Assembly: GCF_037042905.1 (NCBI RefSeq)
Contig: NC_087245.1
Coordinates: 868,001 to 932,000, forward strand
DNA: 64,000 nucleotides
From: Lytechinus pictus
Lineage: Eukaryota
Reading direction: 5' to 3'
Positions within the stretch are counted from its first letter, which is position 1, and the number at the start of each line of letters is the position of its first letter. Position numbers and translations under genes: made by a program. Positions 1-13,215 of this stretch are shown one piece after another. The notes below the pieces were generated by a model. The model was not told where the DNA came from. It searched no databases and saw only the letters and a program-made list of their open reading frames with translations.

Positions 1-162
1 GTCTGAAGCCTTAAATGACCCGGCCTTTGACGACCCCATGGATATCTCTTTTATGACTGATGAACAACGGCACTCCAATTCTGTAAGGAAAGCTATTCAG
101 GTGGTCCGAAGAACGCAAGAGCTAGAAATCAGCAATCCTATGGAACTCATTTGGTTTAGAGG
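1..162 (+). CDS. ACOX1: ACOX1 exon 2 (5' part outside window)
   Basis: Frame from base 2 reads SEALNDPAFDDPMDISFMTDEQRHSNSVRKAIQVVRRTQELEISNPMELIWFR, similar to the ACOX1 N-terminus (LNDPDF...EIMWFK). GG|GTAAGT donor, phase 2. Confidence 0.9.
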
Positions 163-1544
163 GTAAGTGTGCTTGTGCTTACAGAGAGTGCAACCCAGCT
201 AGGAAAAAGAATGAAACCAAGAAAATGTTATTATATTGACACATATTTGTCAGACTTGGATCCTCTATCATTTTATAATCTAAATGTTGCCAATAGACTA
301 ATATTCCACTGGACGTCACATAAAAAACAACCAACCCGTAAACCCTTTACCCCCTTCCCCCCTTTTAAACTTTTTTGTTTTCCAATCCATACTGATTGTT
401 TAAAGTCAAGTGCTGGTGTTTTTCAAAAAATCTCTGTTTACTAACTAGTGTCCCAATTGGTACATGTAATTGGTCTAGAAATTGATTTGTATGGATAACC
501 CTTTTTTAAAAATCCTAGCCATGGTATGTTTTTCCTCACCAAGAAATATACCAGGTGAAGCGAATGGGTATCAGGCTGGCTAATACTGAACATTCAATAT
601 ACTGAGCATTGGAAGTGGTAGCTACATGTAAGTAAGGGTGATAGGAATAGATTATATCTAGATACATGTACATGTAGATGGCAATATTTGTATGAATACT
701 GTACCTACTAAAACATGACAAATTTTTAATTCACCTCCATGAGTCTCATTTCATAAAGAATTAACACAACAAATTAATAATTCCAATTAAACATGAGTAC
801 TATTAGCCAATCAAATTGAATTGGCTTTAAACTTTTATTGCAAATTCGTTAAAACAACAAGTTTAATGACAAAGGGCCCCTGATCTTCTTGGCTCAGAAG
901 TATGATAGTGCTGAGGTACATGTAAAGTATTGTACCAAAAGTCAGCTACCCCCTAATAAGTGCTTTGTGTACATGTATTGATCAAAATTATTCTCAAACA
1001 ACTCTATGATATGTACATGCATCAGTCAATGAAAATCTAACTAATTTGCACCTGTAGATGTCCAGTAGTGTAGTCGTCTGGGTTCAGTAACAGAAAACAT
1101 TGTGCAACATGAGATATTTGATCGGTCTAGAACTCTGTGTACATGTGGCCAGGCGACTAACAATGTCTTCTGCCTCTTCACATCACTTTTTTATGCTTCT
1201 AAAGTTCTAGTCCCAAACTTATAGGATGTTTCTCCAGGAAGTGCTAAAATTTGACCCTTCAAGGCTTCAACCCTACAATGTTGATGGTATACTACACTGT
1301 ATGCTGAATTTGTGCCCCTGGTAGTGTTTAAATCGTGTCCTTTCATAGTTTTTATTCAATTGATTTCATTCAGGTTACTTGAGTTTTTCTTCCTTGAAAA
1401 TGAAATCACTTTTAGCACTCGCTGCATGTGGTACCAGCAGCATGTGTATCTTGCCCCCCCCCCCCTCCCTCCTTTGATACTCCACTCTGAACTTAAATTT
1501 ACTAAGCTTTGTGTGAATAAGATTTTGTTGTTTTTCCAATGAAG

Positions 1545-1705
1545 GGCTACAAACCCATTAGAGGTTCCATCACTGAGCCTCCATACATCTATGTTCATGA
1601 CCACCATTATCAACCAGATGACTCTAGAACAGAGGTCACAATGGGAATCTGCAGCCAAGAAATTTGAATTGATTGGGACATACGCTCAGACTGAGCTGGG
1701 ACATG
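1545..1705 (+). CDS. ACOX1: ACOX1 alternative exon 3, copy A (161 nt)
   Basis: AAG acceptor; ATNPLEVPSLSLHTSMFMTTIINQMTLEQRSQWESAAKKFELIGTYAQTELGH; G|GTACAT donor; phase 2 in, phase 1 out. Confidence 0.9.
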
Positions 1706-2591
1706 GTACATATCAGAATAACAAGATTATCTCTAGACGTTCATGCAGAAAACTGATATTTCATAAGCAGGGGCGGATCCAGGGTTTACCTAGGGGGAAG
1801 CAATTTGAAAAATATGACAAGCAAAATATAAAAAAGAGAAGGTTATCGACAGTCATGGAGGACATTTCCCCCATGTAAAATATTTTGACAAGGCCGCCAA
1901 AATGGGTCACCCCCCCCCCTTGCCCCGTGCCTTGGATCCGTGCCTGGTGATTAGCAAGCATGTATCTATAGAACATTGTTATTTATCATGCCTGTAGACT
2001 AGATTAATATTCAAACCTATTGCCTTTGCTGTGCATTTTATTACACCACTACATGTGTAGTATCTTTTCACCAGTACTCATGCTCTTCATACATGTACAT
2101 GTACCTGTGTTTTGAGTCCATCTGTGCATTTGTTTTTTTAAGTCCTTGTTCTTGTGAGGTTTGGTAAAGTGATATCATAATCATGCATGTATGGATGCTC
2201 AGGTGTGCATCTTTGATGTCTCTATCAACACCCCCTTTTGAAGCCAACAAATGAGCCATGAAGAGACAGTGTCTAGTGTTGAAGTTGTTTGTTTTATAGA
2301 TAAACAACAAATCCCTGTATTTAATAAAAATACATAAGTATCATAAGTATTGTTACGAGTGCAAATGTAAATGATACAATGCAATATTCACATCATCAAC
2401 TATCACCTGATATGTCGACAAAGTGAAGTTAAGTTTCATATGCAATCAAACCTAATGTTTGCTACAATTGATAATGCTAATGCGAGTTATAATTTAATTG
2501 CTACATGTAGGTACCATATTCAAAACAGTCCAAAACTTGGCTATGCCATCACGAACGTACGTATAGCGCCCAGACATCTGTCGGCTGCTAT

Positions 2592-4063
2592 CACTGGCGT
2601 AAATCCGTGTTGATGGGTGGGGGGGATGACTGAAATATTTTGGCATTTTTTTTGCAATCATGTTTTTAGATATGCAAGGAATTGCCATTGATATGTCCAC
2701 AGTGGCGTACCGTGGGTCACGGCATTGGGGGGGCACCAGCAAAAATTTTGAATCACTGAGTGAGTGCGCTAGTGAGCGCGCTCAGTTGCCAGTTATACTG
2801 AGTACCTAATAGAGACATTTTAAGGACGATGTCATTAAACTGATATGTATCTCACTGATCAAATAATGCGAGCGCGAAGCGCGAGCTGAAATTTTTTTAT
2901 ATTCACACCTAAAAAGGGACATTATAGTCAAATTTGTGTAATCATGATAGGTACATGTCTCGCTAAACAATGCGAGCGCGAGCTGAAAAGTTAGATAATT
3001 CAGACCTGAAGTGGGGCATTCTAAGGTTTTTTTGTAAGAATTAACTAGGACCATACGTTTTTCATTAACCAAATGATGCGAGCGCGAAGCGCGAGCTGAA
3101 AATTTTTGATATTATTCAGATCAAAAGGGACATTTCAAGGACCGATTTTAGGAATTTATGAAAAGCAGACATATCTCACCAATCCACTAATCACGGACAG
3201 GAAATGTTTCATATATACGAAGACCTTAACATGGGGCAATCACCTTTTGAGTCGTGAAAAAGAAGCATATGTCACTACATAAAACAATGATAACTCAAGT
3301 GCTAGGAAATATATTTGGTTTATATTGACTTGAAAACGGGATGTTTTAGTACAACAGGATTATATATCACGTTAAACAGACAATGCGAGCACCAGGAACA
3401 ATGAAGACGTAGGCCCTGGGCAAATTATGTTTCATAAAGTTATGATAAATATGTTTCTTATGTAATGTAACATAACATAATTATAATATAATATAACATT
3501 ATAATGAATAATATTTTCGTCTTTCCCACTACGTTTCTCTTCCTTTCTCTCTCTTTTCTCCTTTTCCCCTTTCCGTTTTTTTTGGGTCAGCCGATGGGGG
3601 GGGGGGGGGATGTGCCCCCCATGCCCCCCGTAGTTACGCCACTGTATGTCCATATGGCAAATACCCCTCCAATATTATTATATTTTTTACCCCATGATGG
3701 TTTAATGGTTTTATTAGAGATTACATTTAAAAAAAATTGACATTCCATCTTAATCCCTTTCCAAAGACCCCAACATTGATGAATTGGAAGAAACGGGGGT
3801 TTCTCTTCAATGTTATAATAAGGACATAAGTATTTCGTTTGGAAATGGTGAACTGGCTCTTTATTTGCATTTTATGATTCAATAATATTGTTTTATTTGT
3901 TAAGCGGTATTTAGGAAGAATTTTCACCAATAAAACAATTATCTCTTGTGATTTTTTTTTCATTTCTTTCGTAAAAAGTGGGGGGGATGTTTGTACAGGC
4001 CATCCCCCCCTCGAAAAGTGGGGGGGATATATCCCCCCATCCCCCCCGGGATTTACGCCAGTG
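2592..4063. mobile_element. hAT-like non-autonomous element (outer)
   Basis: TIRs CACTGGCGTAAATCC / GGATTTACGCCAGTG; perfect 8-bp TSD GCTGCTAT (2584-2591 and 4064-4071). Confidence 0.85.
2700..3644. mobile_element. hAT-like non-autonomous element nested in the previous one
   Basis: TIRs CAGTGGCGTA / TACGCCACTG; perfect 8-bp TSD TATGTCCA; internal GCGAGCGCGAAGCGCGAGC repeats. Confidence 0.85.
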
Positions 4064-4867
4064 GCTGCTATTACTGATATGCCAATGAACGTATAGCGTG
4101 CGGTGTTGCCCGACGCGTCACCAAAAACAAATAGCATCGATATTCATGCATTTCTCTAACAATATACATGTACACTATAGTTCCATTTTAAAACAAAAAC
4201 ATAACAATTAATAATTCTGCGGAACTGAACAAATATAACCGTGGTGAATCAAGGAAATCTACAATTTCATTAGCTCGTCATAAAGCAATTATTTCCATTA
4301 ATTCATATTTAAGAAGAAATAAATAGTTATGGTTCAATTCCAATGGTAATTCACTAAAATATTCAATTTAACTAATCCGCATCTATAGTATCCGTAAAAA
4401 GGGTAGGTTGTCACTGCACATCCATAGTACATTGTTAATGATGTTAAGTTTCTCAATAAAGTATTTGATTGCCAGTTCAGCAGTACATGTACATTATACA
4501 TGTACAGTACACATCAACGAAAAACTCTTGAATGCAGTGCATTATATACTTGGTATGAAAAGATTGAAAATTTGTGGCCAAAAAATGGCATGTAGCTTAA
4601 TAGAGCAAAAAAGTAACTCCTGATTTCAGTCAGCAAAAAGGGTCAGGTAAGGTTCCTCTTAATAATGTTATGCAAAGTTAGCTACAATTCCAGTTGAAGC
4701 CTTGCCTATATATGTGCATTCACTGTATTGCACAAGTTTGACTAAAAACTTTTTTTTTATTTGAGCAAATACATTTATTAGAGCTCGATGGGTTTATCTG
4801 AGATTATATTTGTGAAAGTAATTGTTGATGTTTTTACCCACTCTCCCTCATATTTGGTTGGGCACAG

Positions 4868-5028
4868 TTCTGTTCATCGTAATGAGGAGATCTCTTTAGG
4901 CCTTCATGCTTCAATGTTTCTACATTCTGTAACAACTCAGATGACAGAGGAACAGAAGATGTACTGGCTAAAGGCAACCAAATGCTATACTCTCTTAGGA
5001 ACATACGCCCAGACTGAACTTGGACATG
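4868..5028 (+). CDS. ACOX1: ACOX1 alternative exon 3, copy B (161 nt)
   Basis: CAG acceptor; SVHRNEEISLGLHASMFLHSVTTQMTEEQKMYWLKATKCYTLLGTYAQTELGH; G|GTACAC donor; same length and phases as copy A. Confidence 0.88.
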
Positions 5029-6528
5029 GTACACACTGCATATTATCTACAGCTTTCTCCTTTCACGCCATCTTTCATCCCCTCTTCCCCCTCCTCACTT
5101 CAAAATTTAATTGAATCTTGCTGCTGCACCATCATGCTTTCTAATGTACATATTTACATATATTCATATTCAAAGTGGATGTTCATTTATTGTTTTACCA
5201 CCCCCCCATCATACTGAATTGATTGCATTTATAATTCATAATTCTACATTGATGATTTTCTCATATCCATAAATGTATACTATCATCCCATTCATTCCCC
5301 CTTCCTCTTGAGGAGAATGTAAGAAACTGGAAACTTTACCCATGAAAGATTTTCCTTTCTAATATAGTGCTCAAGAATACATGTAAAACAGGACATCAAC
5401 TCTTTCTGTATTCATGTAGCAACAATGAAAATATCTGAGTGATTTTCAATGACAATTTTAATTTGCTACTGTTCCTGTCATCTGATTTGTTGTGGGAAAA
5501 TTGACCAATGAAAATCAGTGAATCATATAAATGATATCCAGAATGCATTGTTGTGAGGCCAGTATTCGCAGAGTCTAAGTGAAGTATTAAGGAGCATTCA
5601 TTTTGTACAAGGGATTACAACAAAATTGTGGATTGAACCATCTGTGCATGCGTGAACTCTGAAGTTTCGTCTGTCCTCCGTCTGTCAGCGGTGCGTTGAA
5701 AATAACGATAAGACAATGGGTTTTCAATCACCTGATACATTTGCGTCAACGTCAGTATGCCCTGTCCTTAAAATCATAAAAATTTATTTGCAGGATGGGA
5801 ACACTGTAGCACCCAACAACACAAGGTATAGGTTTCAACCATTGAAGATGCATCCATCATCCAAGATGAAAATGTCTTTTTATAAAGAGAACTTGAGAGG
5901 ACTGGCTGGTGCATGTGGACCTGACTAATTCTAATTGTTGGGGATTCTAGAACAGAGTGACTGTTTTTTTTGTCTGTTGAGTCTTATAACATTATTCATG
6001 ATGATTATATCTCATTCATCTGGGAAAAAAGCCTCTTCAGTCTGCAGTTCACAGGACATGAACTTTCAGCTTTTTGATCTTCAAGGACAAAGTGACCAGT
6101 GGCCCATTGCAGAAATATCAAACACAAATCCCAAATGCAATCTGTCAATAAAGTTGTGTATGATTTCAACTCTTTCTGCTATGGGCTGCAGGGCACCACT
6201 GCATAAAATAAATCTTTGCCATCCAGTGCCACGTTAACTTTTATAGTAAACATTCACAAAAGCCAATCAGAATCCAGGATTCTTTCAAAGTTAAAATTGA
6301 GATGGCAAAGGCATTATGTAACTTATGCAGCGGGGCCAAGCAGTGAGTCATCATCCTTCTCCACAATGAAAGATGATATTGCAAATATTTTTTAAATGTA
6401 GGCTTCATTGCAGCTGTCCAACTGATGATTCCCTCATTCGTAAAAAGAGATCGTAGTTGCCAGCAACCATCTTCTGTTTTAAAAGCTAAACCTCCTATCC
6501 CATGCTTCTCTGTGTCTCCTTTCTACAG

Positions 6529-6689
6529 GGCTGTACATAAGGCAGAAGAACCAGCCCTTGCCCTCCACTCCACCATGTTCTCACATGCAATCCTCTCTCA
6601 AATGAGTGATGATCAGCATGAAAAATGGCTCAATGCTGCCTTCAACTTCGTCCTTCTCGGAACCTATGCCCAGACAGAGTTAGGCCACG
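6529..6689 (+). CDS. ACOX1: ACOX1 alternative exon 3, copy C (161 nt)
   Basis: Long pyrimidine tract and CAG acceptor; AVHKAEEPALALHSTMFSHAILSQMSDDQHEKWLNAAFNFVLLGTYAQTELGH; G|GTACAA donor; same length and phases. Confidence 0.9.
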
Positions 6690-8029
6690 GTACAAAGCTT
6701 TCCAACATCTTGTCTTATTGCATAGAACTTAACCTCTGATCCACTGATCATAATAAAGCTATCGATGGTAACTAAAACAGAGAGACCCTGACACTCGTGT
6801 GTTGAACATGACACTTAAATACTAAATACCCACAAATCCCATGGAGCTGCAGTTCAGCTGTCACATAAATTGAGTGGATTAAACCCTTGACTTGCATAGG
6901 TCATTGGTTTGATTTATAGACAGCATTATATTTGATCCTTTGGCAGTGCATACATCTACAATTGACTCTCCATACACAGGAGAGAACCAAATACCTTTTC
7001 AGTGTGGGTAAATTCAGGGAATGAACACCGTCTACATTGTGTACAGCTGAATTAATTGACTTGGGTCATATTCAAATAGTGCTTTGTAATAAGCTCTTCT
7101 ATCCTGAAAAATTTGGATTAATATTTGCAGTTGCAATGGGTGCTACTATTGTTGTCATAGTTACCATCGATAGTAAGTTTTATGCAGCAGGCCATGATAT
7201 TTGTTTGGGGTCACATTCTGTTCTTTCATTTCTTTTCTTTTATTCTTTATGGGTGAGTCAGAAAACTTTACATCTCAACAATTTCAAATTAATTAAAAAG
7301 TATAAAGCATAAAATTGTTATATATTTCCTTTAAGAGTATTTATCACCCACATTTATCTAATAACATTTTTAATGTGTTTACACTTTGATAGTCAGGAGG
7401 TATTTTTTGCGTCAAAGTAAGGCGTCACTGCAATGAATTCCTGTTTTAAAATGAGTTGGAGTAAACTTTATTCCAAATTACTTTTCAATAAGAAATTATG
7501 AGAATCAATACTGAATAGAGCATCTTAAATTTTTCATGCTAAAATGTAGGGAATCTGACAATGAATTTTACTATACTTGTTGTTTTCATGATACATTGCA
7601 ACTCGTGTAGGATTATGGCTTCATCGATGTTTGTATTTATTCAGTGCATTCATAATTTACATTTACACTTATAAAATTTGACATCACTGCAAATGATACC
7701 TCCTGATTATCCAGTCAAACACATTTACCACACAAAAATGGTATGAGATTATTTGTTTAGGACATATGTAGGTACGTGTTCATTACAATGACTTTCTTTA
7801 AAATGGCCAGGGTTATTAGACGTAAAATTTTTCTGATGTAAATTGTTTTTGTGACTCACTCGGTAGATACATTTGTTTTACTAATGATCGTTTGGTTTGT
7901 ACTGTTGCACTCTGCCACTATCCCCCCCCCCCCCCCCTTCTGTCCTGATTGTGGTGTATCTGTTCATGTTTCATGAAGTGAAACCTTTCTTGGGTTGAAT
8001 AATAAGTAATGGTTGGGCAGTACATTATA

Positions 8030-8844
8030 CAGTGCGTCCCAGAAAAAACGAAACCGAGATTAAACAATAATTTATCATAACTTCTTCACAAATACAATAG
8101 ACAAATGACCTACCATTTTAAAGCTCAGAATCTCCTCTTTTAGCTGATATCACTTAGATTATTCCTCATTCTCGCATGAGTGAGCAAAAACAATTTGAAG
8201 AAAGGATACCAAAAACTCATTTGGCAGGGGGTATCTGAATTTCAAAAAGAAAATCACATGCCTAAAAAGTTCAATATCTGCTCTTTTATTTGATACCTTA
8301 ATCACAAAAAATGGTCAAGAAGTAAAAAAGTTATGGTCCCTCGAAACAATGCTTGTATTTCCATAATTTCATTAAATAACGTGTTTTCACCGGTTTCCCA
8401 CAGAAGCTATCGCATGGTTAACAAAAGACTTAATGCATGGCTGATCGTCAACAAAATGGAGCGTCGAGTGAGTTTGAACGCTAGCCTGTAAAACCTCTTC
8501 ATTTTATGAAATTATTGAAATTCAAGCCTTATTTCAAATAACCAGAACTTATTTTTTGACCATTTTCTGTAATTAAGGTATCAAATTAAAGAGCAGATAT
8601 TGAACTTTTTAAAAATGTGGTTTTCTTTTTGAAACCCAGACACAGCCCGCCAAATGACTTTTTGGTATCCCCTCTTCAAATTGTTTTTGCTCACTCATGC
8701 GTGAATGAGAAATAATCTAAGTAATTCCAAATGAAAGAGGAGATTCTGAGCTTTAAAATGGTAGGTCATTTGTCTATTGTATTTATGATTAAGTTATGAT
8801 AAATCATCGATAAATCTCGGTTTCGTTTTTTGTGGGACGCACTG
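8030..8844. mobile_element. Tc1/mariner-like MITE
   Basis: TA-flanked TIRs starting CAGTGCGTCCCA; the inverted repeat extends roughly 300 bp. Confidence 0.88.
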
Positions 8845-9599
8845 TATATCTCATTCTCAGCATTTTGGCTGGTGGTGTTTTGTATGAACTTATTTTCTCA
8901 GACTTTACAATTATTTTGACCATGAAGTCTGAGATCAAGTTTTCGTAACAAAATCACATTTACATATAATATCTTTGCTTTTGGCAGTTCTGCTTAAAAA
9001 GATAATTATGATTTTATTTTGTGATAAACTTGTGACAGATATTTAATTTTGTAATTTGTGTGTTTCATATAAATTGACCCGTGCAAGTTGCACCCTTTTG
9101 TGACATCACTCACACGCATTAATCTTGAGAGATTGGTCGGGGTCAGTACTTTACACCATGTATTGATTACAATGTTTCATTTTCAAAGGGATTACAAAGG
9201 AGCTTGTAGTTCTCCTTATTATTGATCCATTTTATCCCCTGCATTTGGGATTCATCGTTCAGTCTAATATTTCTTTTGTGTTTCAATTATTACTCGCAGC
9301 CATAGGCGGCGGTCCTGTCCCCCCCCCCCCCCCCAAATTTTTTTTGTTTTTTGTATAACTTTTTTTTTTTTGCTTGTAAAAAAATGTTGTTGTCCCCCCT
9401 GAAATTTTGGTTGATAACCTTTTTTTTTTTTTTTTTTTTTTTTTTGCTTGTCAAATTTTGTACCTGTGTCCATCCCAAAATTTCAAGTGGACAGGTGGAC
9501 CCTCCCCTAAATTTTTTGGCTTCCGCCGCCAATGCTCGCAGTTGAATCCCCTGTACATAATATTGCTAGTCCCTAGTATTGCTATATGAACCAGAATGT

Positions 9600-9860
9600 G
9601 TGGAGTGTTGTGGCCCAGTGGAATAGTCTCCGGACTTTAAAACAGAGGGCCGTGGGTTCAAATCCCAGCCATTACGTAATTTCCTTTGGCAAGAAATTTA
9701 TCCACATTATGCTGCACTTGACCCAGATGAGGTGAATGGGTACCCAGTAGGATTTATTCCTTGAACGCTTTAGCGCCTATTAATATGGCGAAATAATATG
9801 GTACCAAGTATCGAAGCGCAGTTGAGTATATGCACATAGTAACTGCGCTATATATGGACA
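9600..9860 (+). mobile_element. tRNA-derived SINE
   Basis: A-box-like TGGCCCAGTGG and B-box GGTTCAAATCC, then a body shared with the copy at 54150-54426 and a (TTA)n tail. Confidence 0.8.
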
Positions 9861-9943
9861 TATTATAATTATTATTATTATTATTATTATTATTATCATT
9901 AATAATAATAATAATAATGATTATTATTATTATTATATTATTA

Positions 9944-10022
<79 letters not shown>
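9860..10022. repeat. (TTA)n/(TAA)n microsatellite, expanded SINE tail
   Basis: Read directly. Confidence 0.95.
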
Positions 10023-10023
<1 letters not shown>

Positions 10024-10191
10024 GGAATCATGTACAGTTTAATTCTTCAAAAAAAGACATACATAAAGCATTTTCCTGAACGAACATGCCTCCCATGATT
10101 ACAGACTTTTTACAGTAACATATGCATGCAGGTATCACACTTAATGATGAGTACACATATAAAGGTAGTACATTAATTTTAGTTTACTTAA

Positions 10192-10775
10192 AGGAGAATG
10201 AAAATCTTGGAGCAAGTTAGCTTTTGTGAAAGCAGAAAAATCAAAGAATAACATCAACAAAAGTTTGAGTAAAATAGGACTAGCAATAGAAGAGTTATGA
10301 GCATTTGAATGTCGAGATCACTAATGCTATGGAGATCCTCCCATTGGCAATGCGACCAAGATCTATGATGTCACAGATGAACAACTCTCCCCATTTGGAC
10401 GCTGAAAATATACCCCAAAACATCTCTTTTTGCTCATTCTAATCATATAACAAACGATTCATCAATGATATAATGTTGTGAAACCTCCGTACTTGTCCTC
10501 TTATAAAGAGAACACCTCACCTTGTGATAGACTCTATAAAAGTGAGAATATAAGTGAAATAAGTACTAAAGTAATGAGGGAGTTGTACGTGTGTGACATC
10601 ACAGATCTTGGTCGCATTGCCAATGGGAGGATCTACATGGCATTAGTGATCTCAATATTAAAATGCTCATAACTTTCTTATTATTCATTCAATCTTCCTC
10701 AAACTTTCAACAATATGTTTCTTTGATTTTTCTCTTTGATATGGATTCAGCTGGTTTCAAGGGTTTCATTCTCCT
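10192..10775. mobile_element. TTAA-targeting MITE (Kolobok/T2-like), copy 1
   Basis: TTAA|AGGAGAATGAAA ... TTTCATTCTCCT|TTAA; internal inverted repeats; near-identical copy at 30366. Confidence 0.88.
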
Positions 10776-13215
10776 TTAATTTGTGGGCACACTGCAGTCT
10801 ATAAGCCTATCACAAGCTTATCTCTATCATCAAACAAACTTGCTTGATTTTGTTGACAGAGCAATGTTCACTGGATTGTTATTAAAGAAATTCATGTACA
10901 TGCAATGAAGATTTGTCAATTGTTGCATAAAAAAGCTTTATTTCTTGTGAGCAGAGATCATTTTCGCATCAGTCCAGTCCCTAGTTCCCAAATTTGATGC
11001 AAGGTCCTTAAATAGGCCTAATGCAAATTATGCTGTGTGTAAAATTTTCAGCTAAATTTAGAACTGGCACTCGATAGAGTTGATTATTCCTCAGTCCCTG
11101 AATAGCAGTATGTGAGCGGATAATATTGTAATATGGTGATACAATTCAACTGTTCTGTTTAGACCTAGCTCTGTTAATATTTCCCTTGCTAAAGTTGTCA
11201 GTCAGTCATGCATCTATCCAATAATACAAGTCTTTATGTACATCACAGGTCATATTTAAGACTACAATATTTAGCTTACATGTAGGTTTGACACACATAT
11301 GTATTATAAACCCAATGCAATGCTGCTGAATCATTTTCTAAGGGGGCGTGGCTAATCATAAAATGATGGCTATTTACACAGAGGAGAAAGTCCAATGTCA
11401 GCATGGTAATGATCCATAATACAATTAAGTTGTGTACACAGTATATACTACATAGAATATCACAGCTTACACACATTTTTATACATGGTGTTGAGTCTAC
11501 ATGTGTATGGTAGTAACTATTTGGAGAAATTCTACATGTCTTTGGTTATATTCAAGTTCAATATTTAATTTGAATGCCATCCAAATGACAATCATAGAAA
11601 TATTGTACGAAGTTTACCTTATAATTAACTTTTGATATGTCAATTTACTTTCAATTCTGATATTAAAGACTGAAGTGTTTAAAAACATGGATTTTACTGT
11701 ACTGAAAATTGATTCAAATTTGCCACAGGTAGAGGTGGCCACAGAGGATTATCTATTGTTCCTAGGGGTGCTTTGACAATGGCCAGCACCCCCCCCCCCC
11801 CCCCGTAACAATAGAATAATCCTCCATGGAGAGGGCCCTGATTTCATACCTTTTGGTTCTTTTTACGCTCACTTAATATGAGAAAGTGCAAACTTTTGAA
11901 ATGAAAACCTTAGATTTAAAACAAGAAAGACATGTATATTACAAGAACTGACTTGGATTTACATAAATCATGTTTAAAGTATTCCTTACACTGGAACTGG
12001 GTATTATTACATATAGTAAGAGCAATTGCTATTGAAAATCTGCATTTATCGCAATTTATCAGGATGTTCTGAACTGATTCCATGCAGAACTGTAAAAATC
12101 CTCCAATGCTTTCTGTTGTGTCACTGTTTGGCTATCATTAATTCACTCTACAGTTGCATCAGTGACGGATGTAGGTCCAAAGGAGCCCAAGCTTTCTTTT
12201 TTAAAAAGTTTTGCACATTTATGACTTTTCCCATCATTTTTTTAACAGCCCACGTTCCTCCCCCCTCCCTGACCCCACCCAGGCTCATTACTGCAGTCAC
12301 ACCCCTCAATTGCACCCCCCCCCTCCGGCCTCAACGGTGGATCCGCCACTGATATGTGTAAGTGTTGTAATTCAACATCAGCTTTAAATACATCAATCAC
12401 ACTTGTATTTTTAAACCAATCGGATACATACATGTACATTTGGGCTCTATTTTTGTTATTTTGTGTGTGTGCAATGCATTGAAAAAACTGCTATCTTCCC
12501 TACATACATGTATATCCATTCATAATTTGAATTGTCTGTATTGTTCAGGCTTTTCACTCTGTCTACATAAATATACATGTAACTTTTCATATAAAGCACT
12601 TCATTTTCACCAATACATCAAACTGTAATATTTCCTCAATTAACCCTTTCCTACTCTATTAATGATCATACCATGTGTATTGCACTATTGCTGTGCTATT
12701 TGTGCCAGTTACTAACTTCAATCTTTCATCTTCAAAGTATTATACTAATATTGATAACCGTTTTTATTTAAAAACAAAAATCAATACGTTGAACAGTTAG
12801 AAGCAGATTTTTAAAAATTTATTTTAATATTTGTTTTCCTTTTTTTTACTTTTAGTATGAAGCTACATGTAGCTAGTAAGCATTGTAAGCTGATTATGTA
12901 ATTAATGATTGCATAGAAATTATCAGGCACCAATAAAGGAAAATTTTATTTATTTTGGAACCCCCCCCCCCCTTCAAAAGTTTAATGACCAGAGCTAATC
13001 ATTCTTTGAGTATTAAGCATAATTATTCTTTACTTCTATCCATTTAAAAAATGGACAAAAACTGCAAAGCTGTTATTTAGATTGTTAAACATGGTAAGGG
13101 TTCATTTATTTGTTGATTTTGCACTCTAGTAATACATATCATTATTTAAACTGATCAACTCTTGCTGGTATTTTCACTGTATTCAATATATCATTCTCTT
13201 AATACTTTGCACCAG

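Noticed and set aside
1071..5953. Docking/selector pairings upstream of the exon 3 copies (1071-1081 with 1149-1159; 1204-1214 with 5941-5953)
   Set aside because: These are only about 11-bp stems with a wobble or bulge, plausible by chance over several kb, and no site shared by all three exons was found.
9600..9675. tRNA genes here and at about 14400-14470, 40600-40670, 54350-54426 and 60900-60945
   Set aside because: A and B boxes are present but there is no clean acceptor stem, and they continue into shared SINE bodies or tails.
6690..13215. A fourth exon 3 copy
   Set aside because: I found no further GTYAQTE-like coding sequence by eye. A badly decayed copy cannot be excluded without tblastn.
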